A DNA stretch of 64,000 bases from Pseudomonadota bacterium. Its GTDB lineage: Bacteria; Pseudomonadota; Gammaproteobacteria; Pseudomonadales; JAUIET01. The stretch is taken from positions 15,273-79,272 of the forward strand of contig JBCCIP010000008.1 in assembly GCA_039111475.1 (NCBI GenBank), read 5' to 3'. The translations under genes and the position numbers were made by a program. The stretch's first letter is position 1; the number at the start of each line of letters is the position of its first letter. Under the pieces are notes generated by a model. That model saw nothing but the letters and a program-made list of their open reading frames with translations. It was not told where the DNA came from and searched no databases. Positions 9,908-19,015 of this stretch are shown piece by piece.

Positions 9908-11425
9908 ATGTCAGATTTTGACGACAACACTGCGAAAGCGGCGCAATATCTAAAACGATTCCAATCCACTACTACAGGTCACTTTATAGGCGGCCAGTTT
10001 GAGGTACCCGAGAACGCCAAAACTTACACCAACACCACTCCCGTTGATCAAAGCGTGTTAGGCCAGGTAATAGAAGGCACAGTTAGCGATGCAGACCGCG
10101 CTTGCGAAGCCGCAGAGCATGCATTCGCAGATTGGCGCGATGTAAGCGGTGCAGAGCGAAAGAAAATTCTTCACCACTTCGCTGACAAAGTGGTGGAGCG
10201 AGCTGAGGAAATTGCGCTGGTGGAATCAATGGATTGCGGCCAGGCCATTCGCTTTATGAAAGCAGCGGCCATACGCGGGGCCGCCAACTTCCGCTTCTTT
10301 GCTGACAAAGCACCAGAAGCTAGCAATGGTGCGGCCTTGTATCAAGACGCACACACTAACTACACCATGCGTTACCCCATTGGTCCGGTTGGCATAATTA
10401 CGCCTTGGAACACGCCGTTTATGCTGTCTACCTGGAAAATAGCGCCCGCCCTCGCCGCTGGTTGCACGGTAGTTCATAAACCCGCCGAACTAACACCACT
10501 ATCGGCAATCCTGCTGGCAGAAATTGCCAAAGAAGCGGGCCTTCCTGATGGAGTATGGAATACGGTTAACGGCTTTGGCGAAGAGGCTGGCAAGCGTATT
10601 ACTGAGCACCCCGCTATTAAAGCCGTTGCACTGGTTGGGGAAAGCGCCACCGGTAGCCACATAATGCGCCAGGGTGCAGACACTTTGAAACGCATGCATT
10701 TCGAATTGGGCGGCAAAAACCCTGTAATTGTATTCGACGACGCTGACTTTGAGCGTGCATTGGATGCAGTTGTATTTATGATTTACAGCCTAAACGGCCA
10801 ACGCTGTACTTCCTCCAGTCGCTTACTGATTCAGTCCGGCATTCGAGACGACTTTATCGCAGCACTTGAACAACGCGTTAAGAACCTGCGCGTTGGTCAC
10901 CCACTCGACCCCGACACTGAAGTTGGCCCACTGGTTCACACAGGCCATTTTAACAAGGTGATGAGTTACATGGACATAGCCAAAGAAGATGGCGCCACGG
11001 TGGCCGTTGGCGGAGAACGACGGGCAGATCTGGGTGATGGAAACTACGTGGCCCCTACACTATTCACCAACGCTGATAACTCCATGCGTATCGCGCGCGA
11101 AGAGATTTTCGGGCCGGTTCTAACCTGCATCGGTTTCGACTCTGAAGAGCAGGCCATTGAGTTAGCGAATGATTCTGAATTTGGCCTGGCCGGATACATC
11201 TGGACTGAAAACACAGGTCGTGCCATGCGAATGGCCAAGCATGTAGAAGCTGGTATGCTGTGGGTTAATTCAGAAAACAATCGAAACCTGCCCTCGCCGT
11301 TTGGCGGTGTAAAGATGTCTGGCATTGGCAGAGATGGCGGTGACTACAGCTTCGATTTTTACATGGAAACGAAAAATGTCTGTATCGCTCACGGTACGCA
11401 CACCGTTCCCGCGCTAGGTCGATAA
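9908..11425 (+). CDS. hpaE: 5-carboxymethyl-2-hydroxymuconate semialdehyde dehydrogenase
   Basis: ITPWNTPFMLSTWKIAPALAAG, FELGGKNP, YSLNGQRCTSSSR, EEIFGPV, RDGGDYSFDFYME. Confidence 0.93.
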   Translation: MSDFDDNTAKAAQYLKRFQSTTTGHFIGGQFEVPENAKTYTNTTPVDQSVLGQVIEGTVSDADRACEAAEHAFADWRDVSGAERKKILHHFADKVVERAEEIALVESMDCGQAIRFMKAAAIRGAANFRFFADKAPEASNGAALYQDAHTNYTMRYPIGPVGIITPWNTPFMLSTWKIAPALAAGCTVVHKPAELTPLSAILLAEIAKEAGLPDGVWNTVNGFGEEAGKRITEHPAIKAVALVGESATGSHIMRQGADTLKRMHFELGGKNPVIVFDDADFERALDAVVFMIYSLNGQRCTSSSRLLIQSGIRDDFIAALEQRVKNLRVGHPLDPDTEVGPLVHTGHFNKVMSYMDIAKEDGATVAVGGERRADLGDGNYVAPTLFTNADNSMRIAREEIFGPVLTCIGFDSEEQAIELANDSEFGLAGYIWTENTGRAMRMAKHVEAGMLWVNSENNRNLPSPFGGVKMSGIGRDGGDYSFDFYMETKNVCIAHGTHTVPALGR

Positions 11426-11427
11426 CG

Positions 11428-11742
11428 ATGAGCCTGTACTACGTTCAAAAACTGTTGTATGAATTGAATCGCAGCGAAGAGTTGCAAACGCAGTTTTTCA
11501 CTGACAAAGATTCAGTACTAAAAGACTTTACGCTCACTGACGAAGAGAAAGTTGCGCTGACCAAGCCAGACATTGGCCTGCTGTATGTGCTGGGTGTGAA
11601 CGGTCAAATTCTGATGCATTACGCGGCCATGTGTGGCTATGCGTGGCCGGAGTATATTCAATCCATGCGCGACGGCCTGGATGAGCATGGCGAAGTGCGT
11701 GAAGGCTTATACGCTACCACCGACGGAAAGGGGGCGTTATGA
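11428..11742 (+). CDS. LigA-like small subunit of an extradiol ring-cleavage dioxygenase
   Basis: 104 aa; LYELN, LTDEEK.AL...DI..LY.LGVNG pattern; ATGA overlap with the LigB-type gene. Confidence 0.78.
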   Translation: MSLYYVQKLLYELNRSEELQTQFFTDKDSVLKDFTLTDEEKVALTKPDIGLLYVLGVNGQILMHYAAMCGYAWPEYIQSMRDGLDEHGEVREGLYATTDGKGAL

Positions 11743-12566
11743 GCCTGGTGTTTGCTGGAATCTGCTCTCATGCGCCGGGAATTACCGGGCGCAAGCACAT
11801 GGCCGACCCAGATGACGCGGATACATTCTATGCCGCGTTTGATCAAATGCGTGTTGAACTGGAAGCGAGCCAACCCGACGCGTTAATTGTGATAGCCGCG
11901 GAACATTTTGCAAACTTCTTTATGAACAATATGCCTTCCTACTGCATGGGCATGGCGGAAAATTACTACGGCCCAATCGAAGATCCAGACTGGCTTGGCA
12001 TTCAACGCACGACAATCCCTGGGAATGTCGATCTGTCCCGCCGCTTGATCGAAAATATTATGGGTGACATTGATTTAGCCTACGCCGAAGAATGGAAGTT
12101 TGACCACGGCATCAGTGTGCCTTTGCATTTCCTTACGCCACGCTATGACCTGCCAGTGATACCCGTAAATATAAACTGCCAGGGGCCGCCACTAACACCA
12201 TTGCACAGAGCCTGGGCGTTTGGACAGGGCTTGAGAAAAGCCTGCGACAACGTACCCGAACGTATTGCGATTGTTGGTACCGGCGGAATTTCTCATTGGC
12301 CGGCCACCCCCGATTCCGGCAAAATCAATGCCGAGTGGGATCAAGACTTCCTGCAACGTTGGAGCGATAACAACAAAGCTGCGATGCTGGACTACAGCGA
12401 TGAGCAAACCTATCTGGACGCTGGTCAAGGGGGCTTCGAGATTCGTAACTTCATCGCTATTTCCGGCGCTACTGAGGGAGCCAAAGGCGTTGTTAAATAC
12501 TACCGTCCCATTCCAATTTTCGCGGTAGGCTGCACCATTGGCGTTGTAGATTTAGGAGTTGTTTGA
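11739..12566 (+). CDS. Class III (LigB-family) extradiol dioxygenase catalytic subunit
   Basis: SHAP, EHFANFF, FDHG, GTGGISHWP, EIRN. Confidence 0.9.
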   Translation: MSLVFAGICSHAPGITGRKHMADPDDADTFYAAFDQMRVELEASQPDALIVIAAEHFANFFMNNMPSYCMGMAENYYGPIEDPDWLGIQRTTIPGNVDLSRRLIENIMGDIDLAYAEEWKFDHGISVPLHFLTPRYDLPVIPVNINCQGPPLTPLHRAWAFGQGLRKACDNVPERIAIVGTGGISHWPATPDSGKINAEWDQDFLQRWSDNNKAAMLDYSDEQTYLDAGQGGFEIRNFIAISGATEGAKGVVKYYRPIPIFAVGCTIGVVDLGVV

Positions 12567-12949
12567 TGGCGCATTTTGTACTGGAATACTCGGCTAATCT
12601 TGATTCTGAAACGTTGGCCATCGGCAATTTGTTTAAGAAGTTGCATGAGACGGTAGCCGCTGGTGGTGTCTTTCCACTGGCTGGCATGCGCAGCCGAGCT
12701 TATTGCGCCAACGATTATTGCATTGCCAACGGTGACGCTAATCACGCGTTTGTGCATCTTAACTTTAAGATTGGTACTGGTCGCAGCGAAAAGGAACAGG
12801 CCGAGGCATTTGAAGTAGTTAAAGGCGTTTTGCTTGACCATTTGGATACTACATACCAGTCACGCGCTGTAGCGATTTCGGTGGAAATGAATGAGTTACC
12901 GGAGAAGCTTCGGCATAACGCAAACAACGTTAGGGATTACATCAAGTAA
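12566..12949 (+). CDS. hpaF: 5-carboxymethyl-2-hydroxymuconate Delta-isomerase
   Basis: MAHFVLEYSANL, FPLAGMRSRA, AFVH...KIGTGRS; position in hpa operon. Confidence 0.88.
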   Translation: MAHFVLEYSANLDSETLAIGNLFKKLHETVAAGGVFPLAGMRSRAYCANDYCIANGDANHAFVHLNFKIGTGRSEKEQAEAFEVVKGVLLDHLDTTYQSRAVAISVEMNELPEKLRHNANNVRDYIK

Positions 12950-13752
12950 TGCTTACAGAAGAGCAAATTCAAAAAGCGGCAAGTGATTTGTACGCCGCTG
13001 AAATCAATCGTCAGGCGATAGACCCAGTAACAATGACGCACCCGGAAATGGATATGAGTGACGCGTACGCTATTCAAAAAACCTGGGTTGATAAGAAAGT
13101 AGCGGATGGCCGAAAAGTGGTGGGATATAAAATTGGCTTAACCTCTCGGGCCATGCAGGATGCCATGAAAATCGATACACCGGACTATGGTGTGCTGCTG
13201 GACGACATGCAGTTCGATAATGGCGCCGACATTGTCGCCGGTAATTTTATTGACCCACGTATTGAGGTTGAATTAGCGTTTGTTTTGAAAGACACATTGT
13301 TTGGCGAAGACATCACTATTGACGACGTGCTGGACGCGACGGATTATATAGTGCCAGCGCTAGAGCTTATCGCAGCGCGTAGCCATCGCGTGCACCCAGA
13401 CACCGGCTATACGCGAACGGTGTTTGACACCATTTCAGATAACGCCGCAAATGCAGGGATCATCACAGGAGGTGAGCGCATTCAACCGCGCGAGCGCGAC
13501 CTTAGATGGTGTGGTGCTCTGTGTTATTTAAATGAGGTTCTGGAAGAAACTGGCTTGGCAGCGGGCGTACTTGACCACCCCGCCAACGGTATTCGCTGGA
13601 TCGCCAAGCGCTTTGCACCTCATGGTATTGCCTTACTACCAGGGCAAATTCTTCTGGCAGGCTCTTTCACTCGCCCACTCAAAGTCAGAGCGGGGGATCA
13701 GGTGCGAGCTGACTACGGACCGCTTGGTGACATTCGCTGCAACTTTGTATGA
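12949..13752 (+). CDS. hpaH: 2-oxo-hept-4-ene-1,7-dioate hydratase
   Basis: [54 protein letters not shown]. Confidence 0.93.
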   Translation: MLTEEQIQKAASDLYAAEINRQAIDPVTMTHPEMDMSDAYAIQKTWVDKKVADGRKVVGYKIGLTSRAMQDAMKIDTPDYGVLLDDMQFDNGADIVAGNFIDPRIEVELAFVLKDTLFGEDITIDDVLDATDYIVPALELIAARSHRVHPDTGYTRTVFDTISDNAANAGIITGGERIQPRERDLRWCGALCYLNEVLEETGLAAGVLDHPANGIRWIAKRFAPHGIALLPGQILLAGSFTRPLKVRAGDQVRADYGPLGDIRCNFV

Positions 13753-13766
13753 GGGTTCTCTAATCC

Positions 13767-14567
13767 ATGAAAGCCAATAAGAACACATTCAAGCAAGCGC
13801 TCAAAAACAACACTCCCTTGTATGGATTGTGGTTGGGCCTGCCCCACAGCAGCTGCGCTGAAATTGCGGCCGGCGCTGGTTTCGATTGGCTACTCATTGA
13901 CTGCGAACACGCACCGTACAGCTTGATGGACGTGCAACATCACTTACAGGCCATAGCACCTTATGGTGTACCCGCCATAGTAAGACCCATAGAAGGACGA
14001 ACGGCAATTCTTAAGCAACTGCTTGATGTTGGCGCGCAAACCTTTCTAGTGCCAATGGTGGATACGGCCGAGCAAGCAGAGCAACTTGTGAGTGATGTGC
14101 TCTACCCGCCAGCAGGCCAAAGAGGCCTTGGCACATCAATGGCACGAGCTGCGCACTGGAATGGGGTTCCGGGCTATTTGCATGAGGCCAATGACGATAT
14201 TTGCCTTATTGTTCAGGCCGAATCAGCGCTGGCAATGGAGAACCTAAAAAACATCGTTCAGGTAGACGGAGTAGATGCAGTATTTATTGGCCCATCTGAT
14301 CTATCCGCGTCAATGGGTCATATTGGCAATCCTGGGCATCCAGACGTGGTAGCAGCAATAGAACAGGGCTTCGCAACGATCAAAACCGCGGGCAAATCGG
14401 CAGGCGTATTAGCCGTAGATGAAAAGCTGGCAAAGCATTACGTTGGGCTTGGCGCTAACTTTGTCGGTGTTGGTGTGGATAGTTCTTTGCTCGCTGCGTC
14501 GGTCAGACAACTGGCGAGCCAGTACATTGATCCTGCAGGAACACAGGATCAAAAAGCGGGCTATTGA
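13767..14567 (+). CDS. hpaI: 4-hydroxy-2-oxoheptanedioate aldolase
   Basis: GFDWLLIDCEHAP, KQLLDVGAQT.LVPMV, YPP.G.RG, FIGPSDLSASMG. Confidence 0.92.
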   Translation: MKANKNTFKQALKNNTPLYGLWLGLPHSSCAEIAAGAGFDWLLIDCEHAPYSLMDVQHHLQAIAPYGVPAIVRPIEGRTAILKQLLDVGAQTFLVPMVDTAEQAEQLVSDVLYPPAGQRGLGTSMARAAHWNGVPGYLHEANDDICLIVQAESALAMENLKNIVQVDGVDAVFIGPSDLSASMGHIGNPGHPDVVAAIEQGFATIKTAGKSAGVLAVDEKLAKHYVGLGANFVGVGVDSSLLAASVRQLASQYIDPAGTQDQKAGY

Positions 14568-15088
14568 GCAGACTTAAACAGCGTTGGCAGCACAATCTGC
14601 ACAGCTCCAACAATCAACACTAGCCCATAGACAACGCTGGCCGCACTCAAAGCGTGTGCCATCGATATGCCCAGCAGTACTACTGGCGTGGGCTGACACA
14701 AATTTTGCACTTCGAACATTGCTGGCCACCATTTGTCCAGTGGCATCCACTCCGGGAAATAGGCAACGAACGAGCACGCACCACTGGTTGGCCAACCCTG
14801 ATCTATGGAAAGTAATATCCAAGTATCTTTTGCAAGTCCCAAGGTCAGCCACAGCATGAGAACAATCACCAACAGCGCAGGCCAGCGCCATTGGCGGATC
14901 AGCAAACCCAATAGTGCAAGAGCACCGATGCTTAATAGCCAGGCGCGAACATATACGCACAATTCGCAAGGAAGATCGTCATGGACATACTGAAAAAAAA
15001 GAGCACCACCCACCATCGCAAATGATGCGGCTATAAACAGGCTCCAAAACCAGGGCTTCTGTGGCTGCATTACCTGAAACATACTCAC
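14561..15088 (-). CDS. dsbB: Disulfide bond formation protein B
   Basis: PCELCVYVR, second Cys pair (GACSF...NLCQ), FPEWMPLDKWWP.MF, four TM segments. Confidence 0.88.
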   Translation of the reverse strand: MSMFQVMQPQKPWFWSLFIAASFAMVGGALFFQYVHDDLPCELCVYVRAWLLSIGALALLGLLIRQWRWPALLVIVLMLWLTLGLAKDTWILLSIDQGWPTSGACSFVAYFPEWMPLDKWWPAMFEVQNLCQPTPVVLLGISMAHALSAASVVYGLVLIVGAVQIVLPTLFKSAQ

Positions 15089-15177
15089 TGACTAACTGTC
15101 TAACCTACTCAATGTCTACTTTTTTCTGCTGAGCCCAGCGGTTAAAGTGTAACAGAAGCGGCTGTCAGCAATTAGCA

Positions 15178-15756
15178 TTGAATACTGAGTTATTTCATAC
15201 AAAAAACGCGCGCTACGCCATGGCAGTTCTGGCGGTTGTGCTTTTGACGTGGTTTATCAGCAGTACGTCAAACAAAGGATACGTTGTTGTAAAAACCAAT
15301 GACGTACCTGATCAAGGGTATTTTCTTTACCAAGATGACGATCAAGCTTATCTCGTTTTTCGAAATCGTGCAGTGTCACTCGCTGATGATGACACCTACT
15401 TCTATGATCTTATCAAAGAAAAGCAGGTGGTTGATCCACCTTTCGAAAGAACCCAACAAGGAGAGTTTGGCGTGCTTGCTGTTGAAGTGCGCTACGGATA
15501 TCTGCTGTTGCCTGCCTTTCAATGGTGGGACCACAGTGTGCCGTGTTTGAGCATGCAGTTCACTCAAAGCGATTTCGTGTATCAACATGAACGCGTGCCC
15601 GGCGGCATTCGTTGTGGCGGCTCACTCAGCGACTGGTGGGCCAACAATCTTGTGTACGATTTAAATGGCAGAAGTAGAAGTGCTGAGCTTGCGGATATCT
15701 ATATTCCCCAGTATTTCGTCTCAGGTAAGGAAATACGGATTGGAGTGGAACGTTAG
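15178..15756 (+). CDS. Membrane-anchored hypothetical protein, possibly a degenerate Rieske-like fold
   Basis: One N-terminal TM segment; C-terminal GGIRC...YDLNGR...DIYIPQY...IRIG resembles the Rieske ISP C-terminus but lacks CxH/CxxH. Confidence 0.6.
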   Translation: MNTELFHTKNARYAMAVLAVVLLTWFISSTSNKGYVVVKTNDVPDQGYFLYQDDDQAYLVFRNRAVSLADDDTYFYDLIKEKQVVDPPFERTQQGEFGVLAVEVRYGYLLLPAFQWWDHSVPCLSMQFTQSDFVYQHERVPGGIRCGGSLSDWWANNLVYDLNGRSRSAELADIYIPQYFVSGKEIRIGVER

Positions 15757-15802
15757 GCTATGATAGTGGCCAATGAAGATTCCGAATCAAGGAGATTCAG
15801 TC

Positions 15803-16306
15803 ATGTGGCTTAGAGTTTTGTGTGTTTTGTTCGTTGTCTGCCAGCTAATCCCGGTCGCAAACGCTGATGACTATACGGTTGTGTACCTTGTGCGCCACGC
15901 CGAAAAAAGGCTGGATCAAGGCAAGGACCCGGAACTTACAGAAAAAGGCCAGCATCGCGCCAGACAGTATGCCGATACGTTTCGGGACGCAGGCATTACG
16001 CAAATTTATTCAACAGACTATAAACGCACTCAGGCAACGGTCAAACCTCTTGCTGATAGTTTGAATCAAACGGTTATTGTTTATGACCCAGACCGCCTGG
16101 GCGACTTGGCAAACACTCTTCGCAGTCAACCCGGGATTTATTTCATATCAGGGCATAGTGACACAACACCAGTTTTTGTAACGGCATTGGGTGGTGTAGC
16201 CGGCGCGGAGATAGACGAAGACAATGAATACGATCGCGTTTATCAGGTGATAATAAACGCGGATAATTCGGTGTACACACATCGCTTGCGAAGCTTGCCC
16301 CGATAA
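15803..16306 (+). CDS. Exported histidine phosphatase (PGM/SixA-like) family protein
   Basis: LVRHAEK, LT.KG..RA, STDYKRT..T, GHSDT; signal peptide ending ANA; AAGGAG RBS before ATG 15803. Confidence 0.88.
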   Translation: MWLRVLCVLFVVCQLIPVANADDYTVVYLVRHAEKRLDQGKDPELTEKGQHRARQYADTFRDAGITQIYSTDYKRTQATVKPLADSLNQTVIVYDPDRLGDLANTLRSQPGIYFISGHSDTTPVFVTALGGVAGAEIDEDNEYDRVYQVIINADNSVYTHRLRSLPR

Positions 16307-16324
16307 ATCGGCGCTTTAAAACTC

Positions 16325-17089
16325 TCAACACGCGATTTTTTGCTGAGTCCAACTAAGGTCAGCGTACAACTCCTCGCAAACGGGTACAGCGCTTCTATAG
16401 CGCAAGTACGCTTTGGGCGGCGCAATGCTCAGACGTTTTCGTGCTAGATCTAACGGCTCGCCAAGTAAGTCGAGATAGTTTTCAGCAGGCAGCCAGTGTG
16501 CCTTTTTTCCATTACGGTAGGCTTCCCAAATGGCGTTAACCTGCATAAAGCCCAACGGCAGCTTTAGCGTATTTAGCATGGCAAACAATGCGATCAATGC
16601 CCAACCCGGCCCCTTGGTTTGCGCGTATGAAAATGCAACCAGACACGCCTCATCCAGCGGCTCATCAGGACTATAACCGGTTAATACGTGCCAAATGTCG
16701 TGAATGTCTCGGGTGCGCCTTGTATACCAGGCATAGGGGTGCTTTACGTATTCGCTGTTGCCATCAAGCTGACTCGCTTCCGCCAAGCCATCCGCTGAAT
16801 ACCCGGTTGCTTTCATCATGGCTCGGTACTGAAAGCCAACACTTCCCACCTCGAACTGGCCAAGATACTCAGGTTTACTCAGCTGCTCGGCAAGCTCAGC
16901 CTGATTGTAAGCCAACTGCCCCCCATGTTTGGTAGTAAGCAATCTGTGATAACCCGCCACATTCGATTTGCCATTCAAAGCCTGCATGATGACAAACACC
17001 TGCGGCGTGTCCTTTGGGTCGGCTATCAACTTTCTAACCGCGTTAACTGCCGCTCGCCAGTCTGTTCTGTACTCTATCGATTGGTCCAT
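16325..17089 (-). CDS. Coq4 family protein
   Basis: DT.QVF.I..AL, GSVG..Y, RDIHDIWHVLTGY...E, A.WL. Confidence 0.88.
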   Translation of the reverse strand: MDQSIEYRTDWRAAVNAVRKLIADPKDTPQVFVIMQALNGKSNVAGYHRLLTTKHGGQLAYNQAELAEQLSKPEYLGQFEVGSVGFQYRAMMKATGYSADGLAEASQLDGNSEYVKHPYAWYTRRTRDIHDIWHVLTGYSPDEPLDEACLVAFSYAQTKGPGWALIALFAMLNTLKLPLGFMQVNAIWEAYRNGKKAHWLPAENYLDLLGEPLDLARKRLSIAPPKAYLRYRSAVPVCEELYADLSWTQQKIAC

Positions 17090-17182
17090 AGTGTCATTCC
17101 ACCTTAAAGAAAAATGTTGTTTCGGATCGCACCAGCCTTGAAAACAAGTAACAAGGTAAATTTCTATAAGCTGTTCGTGTTA

Positions 17183-17200
17183 AGTGAACATATGTACACT
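17183..17200. promoter_or_regulatory. FabR/DesT-like operator 1
   Basis: AGTGAACATATGTACACT, imperfect palindrome fitting GTGWAC-N4-GTWCAC. Confidence 0.7.
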
Positions 17201-17219
17201 ATAATGTAAAAATCTTCCA

Positions 17220-17237
17220 TGTCAACAGCTGTTCACA
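17220..17237. promoter_or_regulatory. FabR/DesT-like operator 2
   Basis: TGTCAACAGCTGTTCACA, one mismatch to the same pattern. Confidence 0.6.
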
Positions 17238-17325
17238 TAAAAACGTAGATGATAATTAAACTAGAAATTACCCTACTTTCTAAGTCAAAATGAATTAGGT
17301 GTACGAAATACGAAAATCACGATAT

Positions 17326-17343
17326 CGTGTACGATTGTACACA
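17326..17343. promoter_or_regulatory. FabR/DesT-like operator 3 (autoregulatory position)
   Basis: CGTGTACGATTGTACACA, 12 bp upstream of the TetR start. Confidence 0.65.
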
Positions 17344-17355
17344 GAGCAAGCGTAA

Positions 17356-17997
17356 ATGATTCATAGTGGCAAAAAACACAGGCGTAAAGACAATAAGCCA
17401 ATTGACACTCGCCAAGCATTGTTCGACGCTGTATTGGAGCTTATGAGCAGGGACAAAAGCTTCGACGCAATCAGCCTGCGCGAAGTAACACGAGAGGTAG
17501 GTATTAACCCATCCGCTTTTTATCGCCACTTCCCGGATATGAACTCACTGGGGCTTGAACTGGTTAATTTGTCGTTCAAAACCTTGAGGCAGCACTTAAA
17601 AGATGTTCGCGCCAACCCCGTTCAAGACGCCAACGTAGTTAGAGAATCGGTGGAAACCTTTGTCAGCTATGTGCTGGCCCATCCGCGTCAATTCCAATTT
17701 ATTATTCGAGCGCAAGTGGGTGGCGCAGCCAGCATTCGCGCAGAAATAGAATCGGAACATCGGCTTTTAGTCAGTGAATTGTCCACTGACCTCGCTCGTC
17801 GCTTTGACGCAGCAAGTTGGTCTACGGAAGAATTGCAGATGCTCGCTGACTTAATGATCGGTGCAATGACCCGAATTGTTGAGCAGTTACTAATAGAAAA
17901 CCGCCACAGTGCGAGCCAAGCGGCTTTAACTGAGCTTGCAGAAAAGCAACTGCAACTAATACTTCTAGGTGCCATGCATTGGCACGACCAGCCCTAG
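17356..17997 (+). CDS. TetR family regulator, FabR/DesT-like
   Basis: SF..ISLREVTREVGI.P.AFYRHFPDM..LGLELV, ESVETF, QL.LI.LGA.HW. Confidence 0.88.
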   Translation: MIHSGKKHRRKDNKPIDTRQALFDAVLELMSRDKSFDAISLREVTREVGINPSAFYRHFPDMNSLGLELVNLSFKTLRQHLKDVRANPVQDANVVRESVETFVSYVLAHPRQFQFIIRAQVGGAASIRAEIESEHRLLVSELSTDLARRFDAASWSTEELQMLADLMIGAMTRIVEQLLIENRHSASQAALTELAEKQLQLILLGAMHWHDQP

Positions 17998-18090
17998 ACT
18001 TGAACATGCAACCGCAGTCAACCGCTTTCACGCCAGTTCGTCCAATGAACAACGCCGCTTTGGCATCAGCTCTTGAAGTGGCCTAAGCTC

Positions 18091-18588
18091 TCATACCATG
18101 TTCGCGTGGTTGTTTTTTCGAAGCCATCGAAACTGCAAAAAAGCGCCAACAAAAAAAATGGCAACAAACGACAAGTAGAATAGTCGGAGCAATGGATCTT
18201 CAGGATTCGTCAGAATCGGGTCTCCCACAGGTAAGCGGAGTAAACCATCGGTGATGGCAGGAATCATGTGGAACAACAGCGTTGATGAAAAACAGAACGC
18301 TTGAAAGTAGATTGCTATTCTTGCAAGAGCCGACACCTTAGTCACCATTAAGCCGGCTGCAAGTGCAAGCAAGGTCAATACGGCTAAAGCATGTGCTGGG
18401 CCAAATCCACCGTGCTGGTAAATCATCAGCGCGGTAACGGCTGCAATGAATGTACATATCAAATACAGTTGACCTGCGCGCTGGTCAGTGCGTATCACTT
18501 TACAAACAAGCAACGAATAAAAACCGGCAAACAGTGCAACAATTGCGATGATGGTATGCGTCCATCCTAGCAGCGTAATCTCTGGCAT
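18091..18588 (-). CDS. Hypothetical membrane protein with conserved-looking His residues (DUF2306-like)
   Basis: LGWTHT, GFGPAH, FHMIPA; five hydrophobic segments. Confidence 0.75.
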   Translation of the reverse strand: MPEITLLGWTHTIIAIVALFAGFYSLLVCKVIRTDQRAGQLYLICTFIAAVTALMIYQHGGFGPAHALAVLTLLALAAGLMVTKVSALARIAIYFQAFCFSSTLLFHMIPAITDGLLRLPVGDPILTNPEDPLLRLFYLSFVAIFFVGAFLQFRWLRKNNHANMV

Positions 18589-18779
18589 TGGGGTATCTTC
18601 CTTTGGTTTGGGTACACAATGTGTACAAGTATTCTATGGGTTTTTGCTTAATCCAGCGTTTGATCCAGCGCGATAATTTCTTGCCGGTACTCACGATTCT
18701 CATTCTAGGTTCGCCTCTTTGATACAAGCTTATCAAATGACGACTCTAGTCTGTACATTAACATTTGGCACTCGGCTGA

Positions 18780-18803
18780 GGCCGACCCGGCCCTATCATT
18801 CCC
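18780..18803 (+). repeat. 24-nt direct repeat, copy 1
   Basis: GGCCGACCCGGCCCTATCATTCCC; 22/24 identical to 20007-20030. Confidence 0.85.
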
Positions 18804-19015
18804 ATACAAGGCATTGCTCCCGAATCGGATGGCTAGGTCAACTGCTTATCTGTACCGAAGCGGACACAAAAGCTCGTCCAAACAGCATTAGTATTCGTTG
18901 TAAAAGACCGCGCATTTTGAAATGCATCTGTTAGCGTAATATGCACATGTCACTTGGATTACGTCCCTTACTCGCCTAATATCTAGCGCAAAATATGACC
19001 TAAAGGACTTAGGGA

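Noticed and set aside
18718..18737. TTGAT...ATCAA palindrome as an FNR box
   Set aside because: Spacer is 8 nt; kept only as a generic palindrome
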